From an uncultured Gammaproteobacteria bacterium (GTDB lineage Bacteria; Patescibacteriota; Microgenomatia; Woykebacterales; RBG-16-39-9b), in NCBI GenBank assembly GCA_964643435.1, contig CAZXPY010000002.1, positions 16,794 to 73,612 of the forward strand: a stretch of DNA of 56,819 nucleotides. The letters are read 5' to 3'. Both the position numbers and the translations under genes were made by a program. Positions 37,193 through 46,387 of the stretch are shown in pieces (position 1 is the stretch's first letter; each line of letters opens with the position of its first letter). Below the pieces are notes generated by a model that saw only the letters and a list, made by a program, of their open reading frames with translations, was not told where the DNA came from and did not search any database.

Positions 37193-38581
37193 TTACTCTT
37201 TATCGCCTTCCTGTAAATAGCTAGAAAGCATTATTGAATAATCGATTGAATTTACCACGGTATCTAAATTAAGATCGGCTCGCTCGTCATCAAGGGGCAT
37301 ATAAGAACTTACCAGAATTGAGTAATCGATCGAGTTAATAATATTATCAGCGTTTAAATCGCCTAGCTTAATTAAACCAGCGTTTATTGTTAGCTCTTTC
37401 GAGCTTGGAATAAAGTCAACTATTCGTAGTAGCGATTTTTCAACTGCCAATTTCAACCGCTTGGTAACTCCCGAAATAGCAAAAACTCCGTCAGGAATAG
37501 TTAAAGTTACGGTATTATTATTCGCCCCAAGATTACTACTAAATTCAGGACTAGTAGCGATAATATTCAACTTAGCGGCCAGTAAGCCTTGAAGGACGGC
37601 TGGTAAGTCTACATTCACGATGATTTTATTAACCCAAGTCGGTCCCCCGCCTGGTGGCGCGCCGGAAACAGTGTAAGTCTTTGTTAGATAATTATCTATT
37701 TCGTTAGCCTCGGCGTATTTGCAATCAGAGTCAGCAAAAAACCCTAGACTAAAAGTACCATCGGTAGTTGGGACCTGAAAGGCGCCGATGTGTGTCCGAG
37801 TCTGACCCGAGTCATAAGTATCGCTAAAGGTTCCGGCATCTCCGTCTGGCGCTGGTCCCCATTGGTTTACACCGCAAGCCGGTTTTGTGGGGCTGTGCTT
37901 GAAACCCTGAGTAACAACATCGAGTGCAGTAGGGCTACCATTGTTGCTAACCGTAATTTGAAAATCGACCCATTGGCCTTGAAAGTAGGGTCCTGGGGTA
38001 TTAAGAACAATAGAGTCAACACTTAAATGCGCTTCCCCGGGTTGTGGTGGTGGAGGTGGTGTTGGCGTTGGTGACGGACCAGAAACAGTGTAGGTGGTTG
38101 TTAGATAATTATTCGTTTCGTTACTACTCTCGGCATATTTGCAATCTGAATCAGCAAAAAACCCTAAGCTAAAAGTGCCGTCGTTAGTTGGTACTTGAAA
38201 AGCACCAGTATGAGTTCTTGCCTGTCCTGGGTCATAGGTATCACTAAAGGTTCCGGCATCACCATCTGGCGGTGGTCCCCATTGGTTTACACCACAAATT
38301 GGTTGGGTGGGACTATGTTTGAATCCTTGAGTTACGAGGTCTAGGGCGGTGCTGCTACCGTTGTTCCTAACTGTAATTTGAAAATCGACCCATTGGCCCT
38401 GGAGATATGGTCCGGGTGTAATTAAATTTATGGAAGCTACCTGCATATCAACACCGGGAGTTACTTGAGCTCTGGAGCGAAGATCTTCAACAGTTTTTAT
38501 TCCAAAACTGGTTATCGGAACAGCTAAAGCAATGAGAACTATTATGAGGAGGGTTCGTTTATCTCGGGCAGAAACTTCCAT
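37193..38581 (-). CDS. TM-RSRA surface protein with two CARDB-like repeats and C-terminal dockerin
   Basis: DLRSRA; duplicated GQWVDFQITV.NNG...FADSDCKYAE; DLNADNIINSID / DLNLDTVVNSID. Confidence 0.85.
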   Translation of the reverse strand: MEVSARDKRTLLIIVLIALAVPITSFGIKTVEDLRSRAQVTPGVDMQVASINLITPGPYLQGQWVDFQITVRNNGSSTALDLVTQGFKHSPTQPICGVNQWGPPPDGDAGTFSDTYDPGQARTHTGAFQVPTNDGTFSLGFFADSDCKYAESSNETNNYLTTTYTVSGPSPTPTPPPPPQPGEAHLSVDSIVLNTPGPYFQGQWVDFQITVSNNGSPTALDVVTQGFKHSPTKPACGVNQWGPAPDGDAGTFSDTYDSGQTRTHIGAFQVPTTDGTFSLGFFADSDCKYAEANEIDNYLTKTYTVSGAPPGGGPTWVNKIIVNVDLPAVLQGLLAAKLNIIATSPEFSSNLGANNNTVTLTIPDGVFAISGVTKRLKLAVEKSLLRIVDFIPSSKELTINAGLIKLGDLNADNIINSIDYSILVSSYMPLDDERADLNLDTVVNSIDYSIMLSSYLQEGDKE

Positions 38582-38589
38582 TTAATTAA

Positions 38590-38619
38590 ACTATAGCTTC
38601 TTAAAAGGGGCCTTGTCAA
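38590..38619 (-). promoter_or_regulatory. Promoter of first dockerin-cohesin pair
   Basis: TTGACA-18-TATAGT. Confidence 0.65.
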
Positions 38620-38632
38620 ATTTTTTACGGAT

Positions 38633-38663
38633 AAAAAAGGCGCAAACCCTCAAAGTCTGCGCC
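38633..38663 (-). terminator. Terminator after purC
   Basis: GGCGCAGAC...GTTTGCGCC-TTTTTT on the minus strand. Confidence 0.7.
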
Positions 38664-38674
38664 ATATTCTCTGT

Positions 38675-39613
38675 TTAGCCAATTGACCGTCCGGTTAGAC
38701 GGCGGAAGATCTCTCTATATCTTTTGGCGGTTGTTTCCACGATATCGGACGGGATTTCTGGGGCGGGTGGTTTCTTATCCCAACCAGTACGACTCGCCCA
38801 ATCCCGCAAAAATTGTTTATCCATTGCCCTTTGCGGACGGCCTGGTTCGTATTTGGTTGCGTCCCAAAAACGGCTTGAATCTGGGGTAAGAACCTCATCA
38901 ATTAAAAGCAACTCACCTTCAGAATCCAGACCGAACTCAAACTTAGTATCGGCGATGATTATCCCCCGGCTACGAGCATATTCACTGCCAACTTTGTACA
39001 ACTCTTGACTTAGTTCTTTTAGTTTTAAAGCTAGGCTCTTCCCGCCCACTTTACCCACAAATTCGTTCCAAACAAGGTTTAAATCGTGGCCGGTTTGGAC
39101 CTTGGTAGTAGGCGTGAAAATTGGTTCAGGCAGTTCTTGACTTTCGATGAGTCCAGATGGGTATTCAACGCCGGCGATCATTGCCCCCTTTGCCGGTCCA
39201 CCAAGACTTAGGTACTCCGCCCAAGCTGAACCAGTAATGTAACCCCTAACAATACACTCAACCGGAAAAACCCGTTTTGCTTTCTCAATAAGAAGAGTCC
39301 TGCCAGAAATTTCTGGACAATGGATTGGACCGGCTCTTGTTGTAAAAATATCCTCCACCAAATAGACCAGGTGGTTCTTGCAAACTGCTCCGATTAGATG
39401 AGAGGAGAACCAAAACGCGCTGAGTTGGGCAAGGATTTTCCCTTTATCTGGAATACCGTTTGGATGGACAACGTCGTAGGTAGAGATACGATCGGTTGTA
39501 ACCATTAAGAGACGACCGTCCCCCAAATCATAATTATCTCGCACCTTTCCCTGCGAAAGAAGCGGGATACCATGCGGCTCCAGGTACGACCGGCTATCCA
39601 GCATTATCTCCAC
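38675..39613 (-). CDS. purC: SAICAR synthase
   Basis: QGKVRDNY, TTDRISTYDVV, IADTKFEFG, DEVLTPDSSRFW, DKQFLRDW. Confidence 0.96.
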   Translation of the reverse strand: MEIMLDSRSYLEPHGIPLLSQGKVRDNYDLGDGRLLMVTTDRISTYDVVHPNGIPDKGKILAQLSAFWFSSHLIGAVCKNHLVYLVEDIFTTRAGPIHCPEISGRTLLIEKAKRVFPVECIVRGYITGSAWAEYLSLGGPAKGAMIAGVEYPSGLIESQELPEPIFTPTTKVQTGHDLNLVWNEFVGKVGGKSLALKLKELSQELYKVGSEYARSRGIIIADTKFEFGLDSEGELLLIDEVLTPDSSRFWDATKYEPGRPQRAMDKQFLRDWASRTGWDKKPPAPEIPSDIVETTAKRYREIFRRLTGRSIG

Positions 39614-39651
39614 TTCGTTTTCCTCCTTTATGGACTTGTTAAGCTGCGTTT

Positions 39652-39675
39652 AAAAAACCGACCACAAAGTCGGCA
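39652..39675 (-). terminator. Terminator after the ctpA-ending operon
   Basis: GCCGAC-TTTGTG-GTCGGT-TTTTT. Confidence 0.7.
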
Positions 39676-39733
39676 TTAATAATAATCTAACATGTTTACC
39701 AATAAGGTTCAAGACAGCTTCGGTATAACCTGT

Positions 39734-40936
39734 TTATTTTAACAGTTCAATGGCTTTATTAAGTTGAGGGTCAAGACCGGCTTCTTCATCTTTCTCGGTT
39801 AATTCGATCTTGAAATCTGGCTCTAAGCCGGCGTCGTTAACCCATGTTCCGTTTGGGGTAAGCCATTTACTTTTGGTAATATGGAGACCAGAACCAAAAG
39901 GCAAGTTTTCTCTTTCCTGAACACTTCCCTTTCCAAAACTAGTTTCACCGACTAATTTTACCCCTAAAATATCGCGTAGCGCCCCGGCCACAATTTCCGA
40001 AGCACTAGCACTACCTTTGTTTATTAAAACAACCACACTATAACCGGTTAGGGCGCCGTCTTTTCGAGATTTTAAGGAAACCCTATTCCCGTTCGCATCT
40101 TCCTGAAATACAATCGTCGTTCCGGCCTTTACAAATTCACCAGTAATATCAACTGCTCCGTTTAGGTGACCCCCAGGGTTATTGCGAAGATCTAAAATTA
40201 TTTTTTTGATACTAGAGAGTGAAATTTCCGCGACAGTACTTTCCCACTCGCTATTTGTGGTATCGGAAAAACGAGTAAGTTTTATAATCGCGACATCGTC
40301 TTTTTTCTCCCAAGTAACACTTTTAACTTCAATTCTTGCTCTTCTTAGAGTCAGTTCGAAATCTTCTTCACCCTTTCGAGTAAAGGTTATTTTTACTTCT
40401 GTCCCAGATTCGCCTCTTATTAATTTAACTGCCTCCGGTAAAGTAAGGTCAAAGGCGTCTTTATCCCCTATTTTTATAATCTGATCCCCAGCTCTAACCC
40501 CAGCTTCTTTTGCTGGCGTCCCTTCAAGAGGAGCGATTACTACCAATTTTTTATTTCGAAAACCAATTTGGATACCAACCCCTTCATAAACTCCAGAAAG
40601 ATTAGTTTCGAACTCTTTATTGGTTTCTGGATCAAGGAAAATCGTGTAAGGATCACCAAGTGCGGCTACCATACCGGAGATAGCTCCGTAAAGGAGTTTC
40701 TGCGGATCAATTTTGTCTTTATGAATATAGTCTTTATTGACTCTTTCCCAGACATCCCAAAATAGCGAAAAATCTACGCCTAAATTTTTTGGGGTTTCTT
40801 TGGAGGAGATTGAAATATTAAAGCCTTCGCGTTTTACTTGCCAATTTTGACCAACGAAGACTCCGAAACCAAAAACCCACAAAAAAAGAATTATAAGTGG
40901 GTAATTTTTTAAAGCCTTTTTTAAGAATTTTTTCAT
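39734..40936 (-). CDS. ctpA: S41 C-terminal processing protease
   Basis: DPYT, PDZ, DLRNNPGG, SASASEIVAGAL, TSFGKGSVQ. Confidence 0.93.
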   Translation of the reverse strand: MKKFLKKALKNYPLIILFLWVFGFGVFVGQNWQVKREGFNISISSKETPKNLGVDFSLFWDVWERVNKDYIHKDKIDPQKLLYGAISGMVAALGDPYTIFLDPETNKEFETNLSGVYEGVGIQIGFRNKKLVVIAPLEGTPAKEAGVRAGDQIIKIGDKDAFDLTLPEAVKLIRGESGTEVKITFTRKGEEDFELTLRRARIEVKSVTWEKKDDVAIIKLTRFSDTTNSEWESTVAEISLSSIKKIILDLRNNPGGHLNGAVDITGEFVKAGTTIVFQEDANGNRVSLKSRKDGALTGYSVVVLINKGSASASEIVAGALRDILGVKLVGETSFGKGSVQERENLPFGSGLHITKSKWLTPNGTWVNDAGLEPDFKIELTEKDEEAGLDPQLNKAIELLK

Positions 40937-42009
40937 TCCGTTAATATTTCCAAATTCGCACTTGGCAAGCTTTCTATTTTTTGATTAAACTTAACCGTCG
41001 CTTTCTGCACAGTTATTCCGTTTTCTAGTTTTTCCTCTTTACCAATTTCGATAACTTTTCCAACCGATTTTGAAGTGACGAAAGAACCGATTACCTTCAC
41101 TTTATCACCTAATGCCAGTTCCTTCCAAGCCGGAATTTCTTTCTGCTCGGGCACATGGTCCGTAAAGGAAAGCGGAATCGTTAGAGCACGTTCTTTGGTA
41201 CTTAAAAAAGCGTAACTATTTTCTAGTTTTTGCAGTATCTCCCATAAATCTGAACCGATTGGCATAATTCCAAAACCCTCCAAAATAATAATTGTCACCC
41301 CAATATCACTATTTTCTCCTAGACTCAAATAATCCCGGTAAGAAATTCCTCCTGCCACAATTCCCGAAACTCCGAGCGTAACTGCTTTTTCGATCGTGGT
41401 TCGACTAACGAGAGCACCTCCAACCAAAATTTTATCCCGACAAGTATGATCTACTAAGTTAGGTAAGATAAACTCGTCTGGTTTGGCCACTATTCTTATC
41501 GCGCCTTCTCTATCAAAACCAATTCCGAGTGTGCCAAAAACTTGGGCCGCTTCTCCCTCGATAATCACCGAGGTTTCTTTTATTTGAACAACTTTTCCCT
41601 TGGCGCCAGCCGCCATTCTCACCGGAACCGGCAAAAGTTTAATCATCGCTATACCACCTTCAATAGATTCAAAAACACCATCATTTGGGGAAACGCACGT
41701 CTTGGTGCCAAACAGCGTTTTGCGGCTTGCCAAAATTTCTCCTTTATAAATCCGCTCACCTTCTTTTTTAAGTAAATATTTAGGAACGTCACTGCCTCTC
41801 GCCCCTAAAATTTGGGCAATTTTAACTAGGCGCTGTCCACTACTCACTTGAGCCTGACCGATAACAGTTTCCGCCATGACGTGTTCACCAATACCAACCG
41901 TAACCTTTGCTTTAGCCGGAAATTTGCGCTCAAGGAGAATTTTCCTTCTTTTTGTCAATCGACGAGCCACCCGACAAATCATCTTTCCTCCCCAACAGCA
42001 CGGCGCCAC
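40933..42009 (-). CDS. Conserved hypothetical protein with barrel-sandwich-hybrid repeats and C-terminal KOW-like segment
   Basis: V.VGEHV.AETVIG; EGERIYKGEILA; coupled to the GlmL-like gene. Confidence 0.7.
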   Translation of the reverse strand: MAPCCWGGKMICRVARRLTKRRKILLERKFPAKAKVTVGIGEHVMAETVIGQAQVSSGQRLVKIAQILGARGSDVPKYLLKKEGERIYKGEILASRKTLFGTKTCVSPNDGVFESIEGGIAMIKLLPVPVRMAAGAKGKVVQIKETSVIIEGEAAQVFGTLGIGFDREGAIRIVAKPDEFILPNLVDHTCRDKILVGGALVSRTTIEKAVTLGVSGIVAGGISYRDYLSLGENSDIGVTIIILEGFGIMPIGSDLWEILQKLENSYAFLSTKERALTIPLSFTDHVPEQKEIPAWKELALGDKVKVIGSFVTSKSVGKVIEIGKEEKLENGITVQKATVKFNQKIESLPSANLEILTE

Positions 42010-43001
42010 TTTAGATTTTGGGCTGTATCTACTTCACCAGTGTTAATTGGTTTTTTTCGACTGTCTAAAAACAATCCCGCACTTCCTCCTAAAAGAGAAG
42101 CCACAATTCTTTTACTGCCCCTTTTAAATTCTAATTTCAAAAACGCTCCTTCCTTCGCGGGTAAACGAACGATGTCTTCCTCTTTAATTGTAATTTTCTG
42201 CTGCTCGTCACCAGAATCTAAAATAACTTCCCTTGCCCCTATCTGGACAGCTGCTCCTAAATTGATTATTTCTGGCTGCAGCCTCAAAGTAGTGTTTAAT
42301 TTTAAAAAGGAGAGCAGTACCCCTAAAGACGGTATAAATTGTTCCTTATCCAGATAGACTTGGAGTATTTCCTCGTTAAGAGAGTCCAAAACAAGCAGGA
42401 TTAAAGAGGTCATTTTTGGATGATTAGATAAAACCCCTCCGGTTAAAATTAGGGCACCGATATTTTGTTTAAGTTTTTTTTGCAAGACTAGTCTTGAAAA
42501 CCCCTCTTCAATTTGAAGCTGCAAAGGGTTCTCCGGTAATAAATAGGGGTAAATCTTCTTGTTGGCTATATAATTTTCAGTTTCAACATGAGAAGTGGCT
42601 TCTGTCAAAAATTGGTTTATTCGATCAATATCGGAAAGCTTAGAGACCTCATTGTAGTGGTGAGCACCAGCATCGAAAATTAGGGTTTGGGAGCCAAAAA
42701 ACCGATTTTTGGATAATTCCGCTTCTTCGGGTTCGATCCAGAAATATTTATTATCCCTTGCAAGAAGTGCCAATCCGTCTAATTTTCCACTCAAAATAAC
42801 TGGAATTTCTTTTAATTTGAACTTGTTGGTGATTAAATTAATTGTTAAATCAAGTTGACCTATTGATGTTGGTAAGGAAATTTTATCTTCAATTTTTATG
42901 ATTGTTTCAAAAGAGCGGTTTATATTAACTAAAAAACCCTTAGTCCAGGCACTCCCAACATCAATTATTAAAAATTCAGCTCGATTATTTTTTAAAACCA
43001 A
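41979..43001 (-). CDS. GlmL/MutL (glutamate mutase reactivase)-like ASKHA-fold protein
   Basis: IIDVGSAWTK, IFDAGA, ILTGGVLSNHP, LFLDSRKKP. Confidence 0.75.
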   Translation of the reverse strand: MVLKNNRAEFLIIDVGSAWTKGFLVNINRSFETIIKIEDKISLPTSIGQLDLTINLITNKFKLKEIPVILSGKLDGLALLARDNKYFWIEPEEAELSKNRFFGSQTLIFDAGAHHYNEVSKLSDIDRINQFLTEATSHVETENYIANKKIYPYLLPENPLQLQIEEGFSRLVLQKKLKQNIGALILTGGVLSNHPKMTSLILLVLDSLNEEILQVYLDKEQFIPSLGVLLSFLKLNTTLRLQPEIINLGAAVQIGAREVILDSGDEQQKITIKEEDIVRLPAKEGAFLKLEFKRGSKRIVASLLGGSAGLFLDSRKKPINTGEVDTAQNLKWRRAVGEER

Positions 43002-43018
43002 AGTAGCTCCTTAAATTA

Positions 43019-43258
43019 TTATACCCTTTGGGTAATTGGTAAAAGAGACAAAAATCGGGCTTGCTTTATTTGTTTTACGAGTTTCTTTTGGTGCGTGACA
43101 CACGTTCCCGTTTTTAAACGAGGGATTATCTTACCTCTTTCAGTAATAAAAGAATGCAGTTTACTGGTATCGAGCCAACTTGGTTCTAATCCTTCTTTAC
43201 AAAAGACGCACTTTTTTCTCGTGTATCTACCAATAATATTTACTTTTTTTTGGATCAT
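43019..43258 (-). CDS. rpsR: 30S ribosomal protein S18
   Basis: CVFC...FITERGKIIPRLKTGTC..HQ...IKQARFLSLLP. Confidence 0.97.
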   Translation of the reverse strand: MIQKKVNIIGRYTRKKCVFCKEGLEPSWLDTSKLHSFITERGKIIPRLKTGTCVTHQKKLVKQIKQARFLSLLPITQRV

Positions 43259-43314
43259 AGTAAGTTAGTGGAAGTTAAATTCAATCCACCTCTTAAGTTA
43301 TAACCTTAACTTCT

Positions 43315-43860
43315 TTAAAAAGGAATATCCTCAACATCGATATCGGCTTCCTGCGTATCCTTAACCTTCTTATCCCTCTTGGTTTCCTTTTCCTCTTTTT
43401 CTAGTTCTAAATCTTCGGCGGGTTCTTTTTCCGCTACTAACTCTGGTTCTTTTTCTACTTGGGAGGGTTCTTGACCTTCCTCTGCTCCTATCTTAACTTC
43501 GGCTTCTTTTGCTTCTGAACGCCGCGAATCTAAAATAACCATATCTTCGGCAACGATATCGGTTCCTTGGCGCTTTTCACCGCTTGGTGATTCCCAACTT
43601 CTCGTTTGCAGTCTACCTTCAATATAAACTTTTCTACCTTTGCTTAAAAGTTGAGCGCAAAGTTCAGCTAGTTTGTTCCAAGCAACTATACGGTGGAATT
43701 CAGCCTCTTCCCGCCTTTCGCTAGAATCAGATGGAACCCAACTTCGGTTTGTTGCCAAACCAAAAGAGCAAACTGCGGTACCATTTGGGGTATAACGCAG
43801 CTCCGGATCGCGAGTTAAATTACCGATTAACATTACTTTGTTCAAACTCCTTGTAGACAT
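43315..43860 (-). CDS. ssb: Single-stranded DNA-binding protein
   Basis: NKVMLIGNLTRDPELRYT, KGRKVYIEGRLQTR, C-terminal DIPF. Confidence 0.98.
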   Translation of the reverse strand: MSTRSLNKVMLIGNLTRDPELRYTPNGTAVCSFGLATNRSWVPSDSSERREEAEFHRIVAWNKLAELCAQLLSKGRKVYIEGRLQTRSWESPSGEKRQGTDIVAEDMVILDSRRSEAKEAEVKIGAEEGQEPSQVEKEPELVAEKEPAEDLELEKEEKETKRDKKVKDTQEADIDVEDIPF

Positions 43861-43885
43861 AAACTCCTCCTAAATCAATAAATTT

Positions 43886-44242
43886 CTATTTTGAATCAGT
43901 TTTTTCTTTATCACCTCCTTTACCCTCCGAAGTTTCATACGAAGGAGGGCTTTTCTCTTTTTCCAATTTAACCACTAAAAATCTAAGCACTTCTTCGGTT
44001 ATCTTTAATTTTTCATTTAGGGTTTTTGTCTGAAAAGGTTTTGCGGAAAAGGTTATCTGCCAAAAATCCCCCGCTAAATTTTTTTTGACTGGCAAAACAA
44101 GTTTCTTCTCACCTAAGTGACTAATTTTAAATTCGCCGGGTTCCAGAGAACTTTTCTTGATCGCCTCTTGTGCGTAGTTTAAAATTTCTTGTTTTCTCTC
44201 TTCTGTCAAGGTAGCCTTCAAAACCAAGGTTAAATCGTACAT
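43886..44242 (-). CDS. rpsF: 30S ribosomal protein S6
   Basis: MYDLTLVL, LGEKKL..P.KK, EEVLRFLVVK; position before ssb-rpsR. Confidence 0.92.
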   Translation of the reverse strand: MYDLTLVLKATLTEERKQEILNYAQEAIKKSSLEPGEFKISHLGEKKLVLPVKKNLAGDFWQITFSAKPFQTKTLNEKLKITEEVLRFLVVKLEKEKSPPSYETSEGKGGDKEKTDSK

Positions 44243-44314
44243 ATTTGTTCTTAATCACAATAAATTCATTTATAAAAATAATCTATTACTTTAGCCCGAA
44301 TAGGGCGCAGGATT

Positions 44315-44367
44315 CGAGAGTACCTAAATTACCTTCGCGGTAGCGAATGAATTTAGTTACGAAGAAT
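44315..44367. repeat. Dispersed about 53-bp imperfect palindrome, copy 1
   Basis: CGAGAGTACCTAAATTACCTTCGCGGTAGCGAATGAATTTAGTTACGAAGAAT; near-identical to 56324-56377. Confidence 0.8.
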
Positions 44368-45282
44368 CCTAGAAAATTTAAATTCAATTATATCACCGTC
44401 CGTCAACAAATAGTCTTTGCCTACTAGTTTAACTAAACCCTGCTCGTGGGCAACGGCCCAATTGCCTACCTCAACTAATTTCTGCCAAGATAAAACTTCT
44501 GCCCGGATAAAACCTCTTTGCATATCAGTATGGATTATTCCCGCCGCAGTCAGTGCTGTCTCTCCGGCCCCTATTGACCAAGCCTGAACTTGCTTTCCGC
44601 CGGCTATTGTAAAAAAAGTAATTAAGTTTAGCAATTTATAGGAGTTGGTAATAATTTTATCTAATTTTAAACCATTTTTTTCATTTAATTCTAATTCCTT
44701 TAAATAAGCCTCTCTTTCAGTTGGATCTAGTTCCTCTATTTCTGCTTCCAATTTAGCGCAAAGGGCGATAATTTGGTCAATTGGTTGCTTTGCAACTACC
44801 GAAATTTTTTTAATCATCTCTTGCACTTGACCGCTTTTTAATTTTGATTCAGCTATATTTAAGCAGTAAAGGGTTGGTTTTTCAATACCGGCTAGTTCTA
44901 ATTCTAAGTTTACAATTTGCAAATCCTCTATTGGATCATTTCTACTAGGCAAATATATATCGTAATATCTCAATAGGTGAATTAATATATCAATATCACG
45001 GATATAGGAGAGAAATTCATTGCCTAGCCCTTCTCCCTGGTGCGCTCCTTTGACTAAACCAGCAATATCGACAAATTGGGTAGCTGCTGGAACTATTTTT
45101 TCTATACCGGTAACTGCCGAGATCTTTTCCAATCTCTCGTCTGGAACTTGGACGACTCCTACATTTGGCTTGATCGTTGTGAAGGGATAATCCGCAACCG
45201 CGGCTATTTTGCGCTTCATCAGGGCATTAAAAAGCGTGCTTTTCCCACTATTTGGCAATCCAACTATCCCACACGAGACCAT
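44353..45282 (-). CDS. ychF: YchF/Obg-like ATPase with internal deletion
   Basis: GIVGLPNSGKST, YPFTTIKPN, DIAGLVKGA..GEGLGN, IHTDMQRGFIRAE, TGS domain. Confidence 0.93.
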   Translation of the reverse strand: MVSCGIVGLPNSGKSTLFNALMKRKIAAVADYPFTTIKPNVGVVQVPDERLEKISAVTGIEKIVPAATQFVDIAGLVKGAHQGEGLGNEFLSYIRDIDILIHLLRYYDIYLPSRNDPIEDLQIVNLELELAGIEKPTLYCLNIAESKLKSGQVQEMIKKISVVAKQPIDQIIALCAKLEAEIEELDPTEREAYLKELELNEKNGLKLDKIITNSYKLLNLITFFTIAGGKQVQAWSIGAGETALTAAGIIHTDMQRGFIRAEVLSWQKLVEVGNWAVAHEQGLVKLVGKDYLLTDGDIIEFKFSRILRN

Positions 45283-45309
45283 GCGTAAATTATACCAGGT
45301 GGAGTAATA

Positions 45310-45933
45310 CTAGTAGGAAATAACAACGGTTTTCCCTAACCATGCATTATCTTTTACGCACTTCAGCATAAAATCTGCAACGTCTGCTCTTGAAATGTGA
45401 TCTTTAAGATCAAGATCAAGTTGTTCTCCCATTCGATAATGACCAATTCTCGGTCCATCAGTCAAGGCCAAGGGTCTGACAATTACCCACTCTAAACCAC
45501 TTTCTTTAGTTTCTTTCTCTTGGGCAGTTTTATCATCTAAAATAGGTTGAACAGCAGTAACTTGTTCCTCACTCATTCCCGAATCTTTCAAACGCGCCAC
45601 ACCCTCAGGTGAACCACTAAAAGCATACGAGCTTTCAACAATTAAGCGCTTAACTTTGTGTTTTTTCATTGAATTGATTATGTTTTGGGTACCTTTTGCC
45701 AAAATAGGTATATTAGATCCAAGCGCTAAAAGAACTGCATCTACACCTAAAATTCCTTCATCTACTCTTTGGGGATCCAAAATGTCCCCCCTTACAACTG
45801 TCAATTTGTTATTGACAATCGTCATTTTTTCAGGATCCCTAACAAAAGCCCCTACTTCGTATCCTTGATCTAAAGCCTGTTGGACAATTTGTTTACCTGT
45901 ACCCCCGGTTGCTCCAAAAACGGCGATTTTCAT
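45310..45933 (-). CDS. Flavin/biliverdin reductase-like NAD(P)-binding protein
   Basis: VFGATGGTG, VRDPEK, WVIVRP, ISRADVA. Confidence 0.9.
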   Translation of the reverse strand: MKIAVFGATGGTGKQIVQQALDQGYEVGAFVRDPEKMTIVNNKLTVVRGDILDPQRVDEGILGVDAVLLALGSNIPILAKGTQNIINSMKKHKVKRLIVESSYAFSGSPEGVARLKDSGMSEEQVTAVQPILDDKTAQEKETKESGLEWVIVRPLALTDGPRIGHYRMGEQLDLDLKDHISRADVADFMLKCVKDNAWLGKTVVISY

Positions 45934-46031
45934 ACTTTCACCTCCTGTTTAAATTTTAACAAGATCAATTCTTCTTTTCCCATATTTTAAGATTTCACTA
46001 AAAATGGTAATTGACTTAGTATTATACTTGT

Positions 46032-46274
46032 TTGTTAGATTGTATGTCTATGGATAATGAAGATTTAAAAGCAATACAAAAATTATTTCGTAAGGAATTA
46101 AAAGTGGAGATGGAGCCAATAAAAGAAACGTTAGGAGCAAATACAGAGTCATTAATAAATATAGAAAAAGAAATTAAAGCGTATATGGACGCTTTAGGTG
46201 TGGAGAGAAAAAGAATAGATAAACACGATTCTCGTTTAGAAATAATCGAAGAAAGTCTTAATTTAAACCCCTAA
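46032..46274 (+). CDS. Small coiled-coil hypothetical protein
   Basis: Heptad-rich 80-aa ORF; start may be Met at 46049. Confidence 0.6.
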   Translation: MLDCMSMDNEDLKAIQKLFRKELKVEMEPIKETLGANTESLINIEKEIKAYMDALGVERKRIDKHDSRLEIIEESLNLNP

Positions 46275-46387
46275 GACCCATTCTGATTTACAAACCCACC
46301 AAAAGAAAAACGACTCTGCACTAAAATTCAAGTTAGCTTGAACTGTTTGGTATAATGGGCCTATCAACAAACGGTAGGAGGAGAAGA

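Noticed and set aside
45300-45308. Match to spacer TGGAGTAAT
   Set aside because: Single 9-mer expected by chance in 57 kb; adjacent 9 nt do not fit spacer B.
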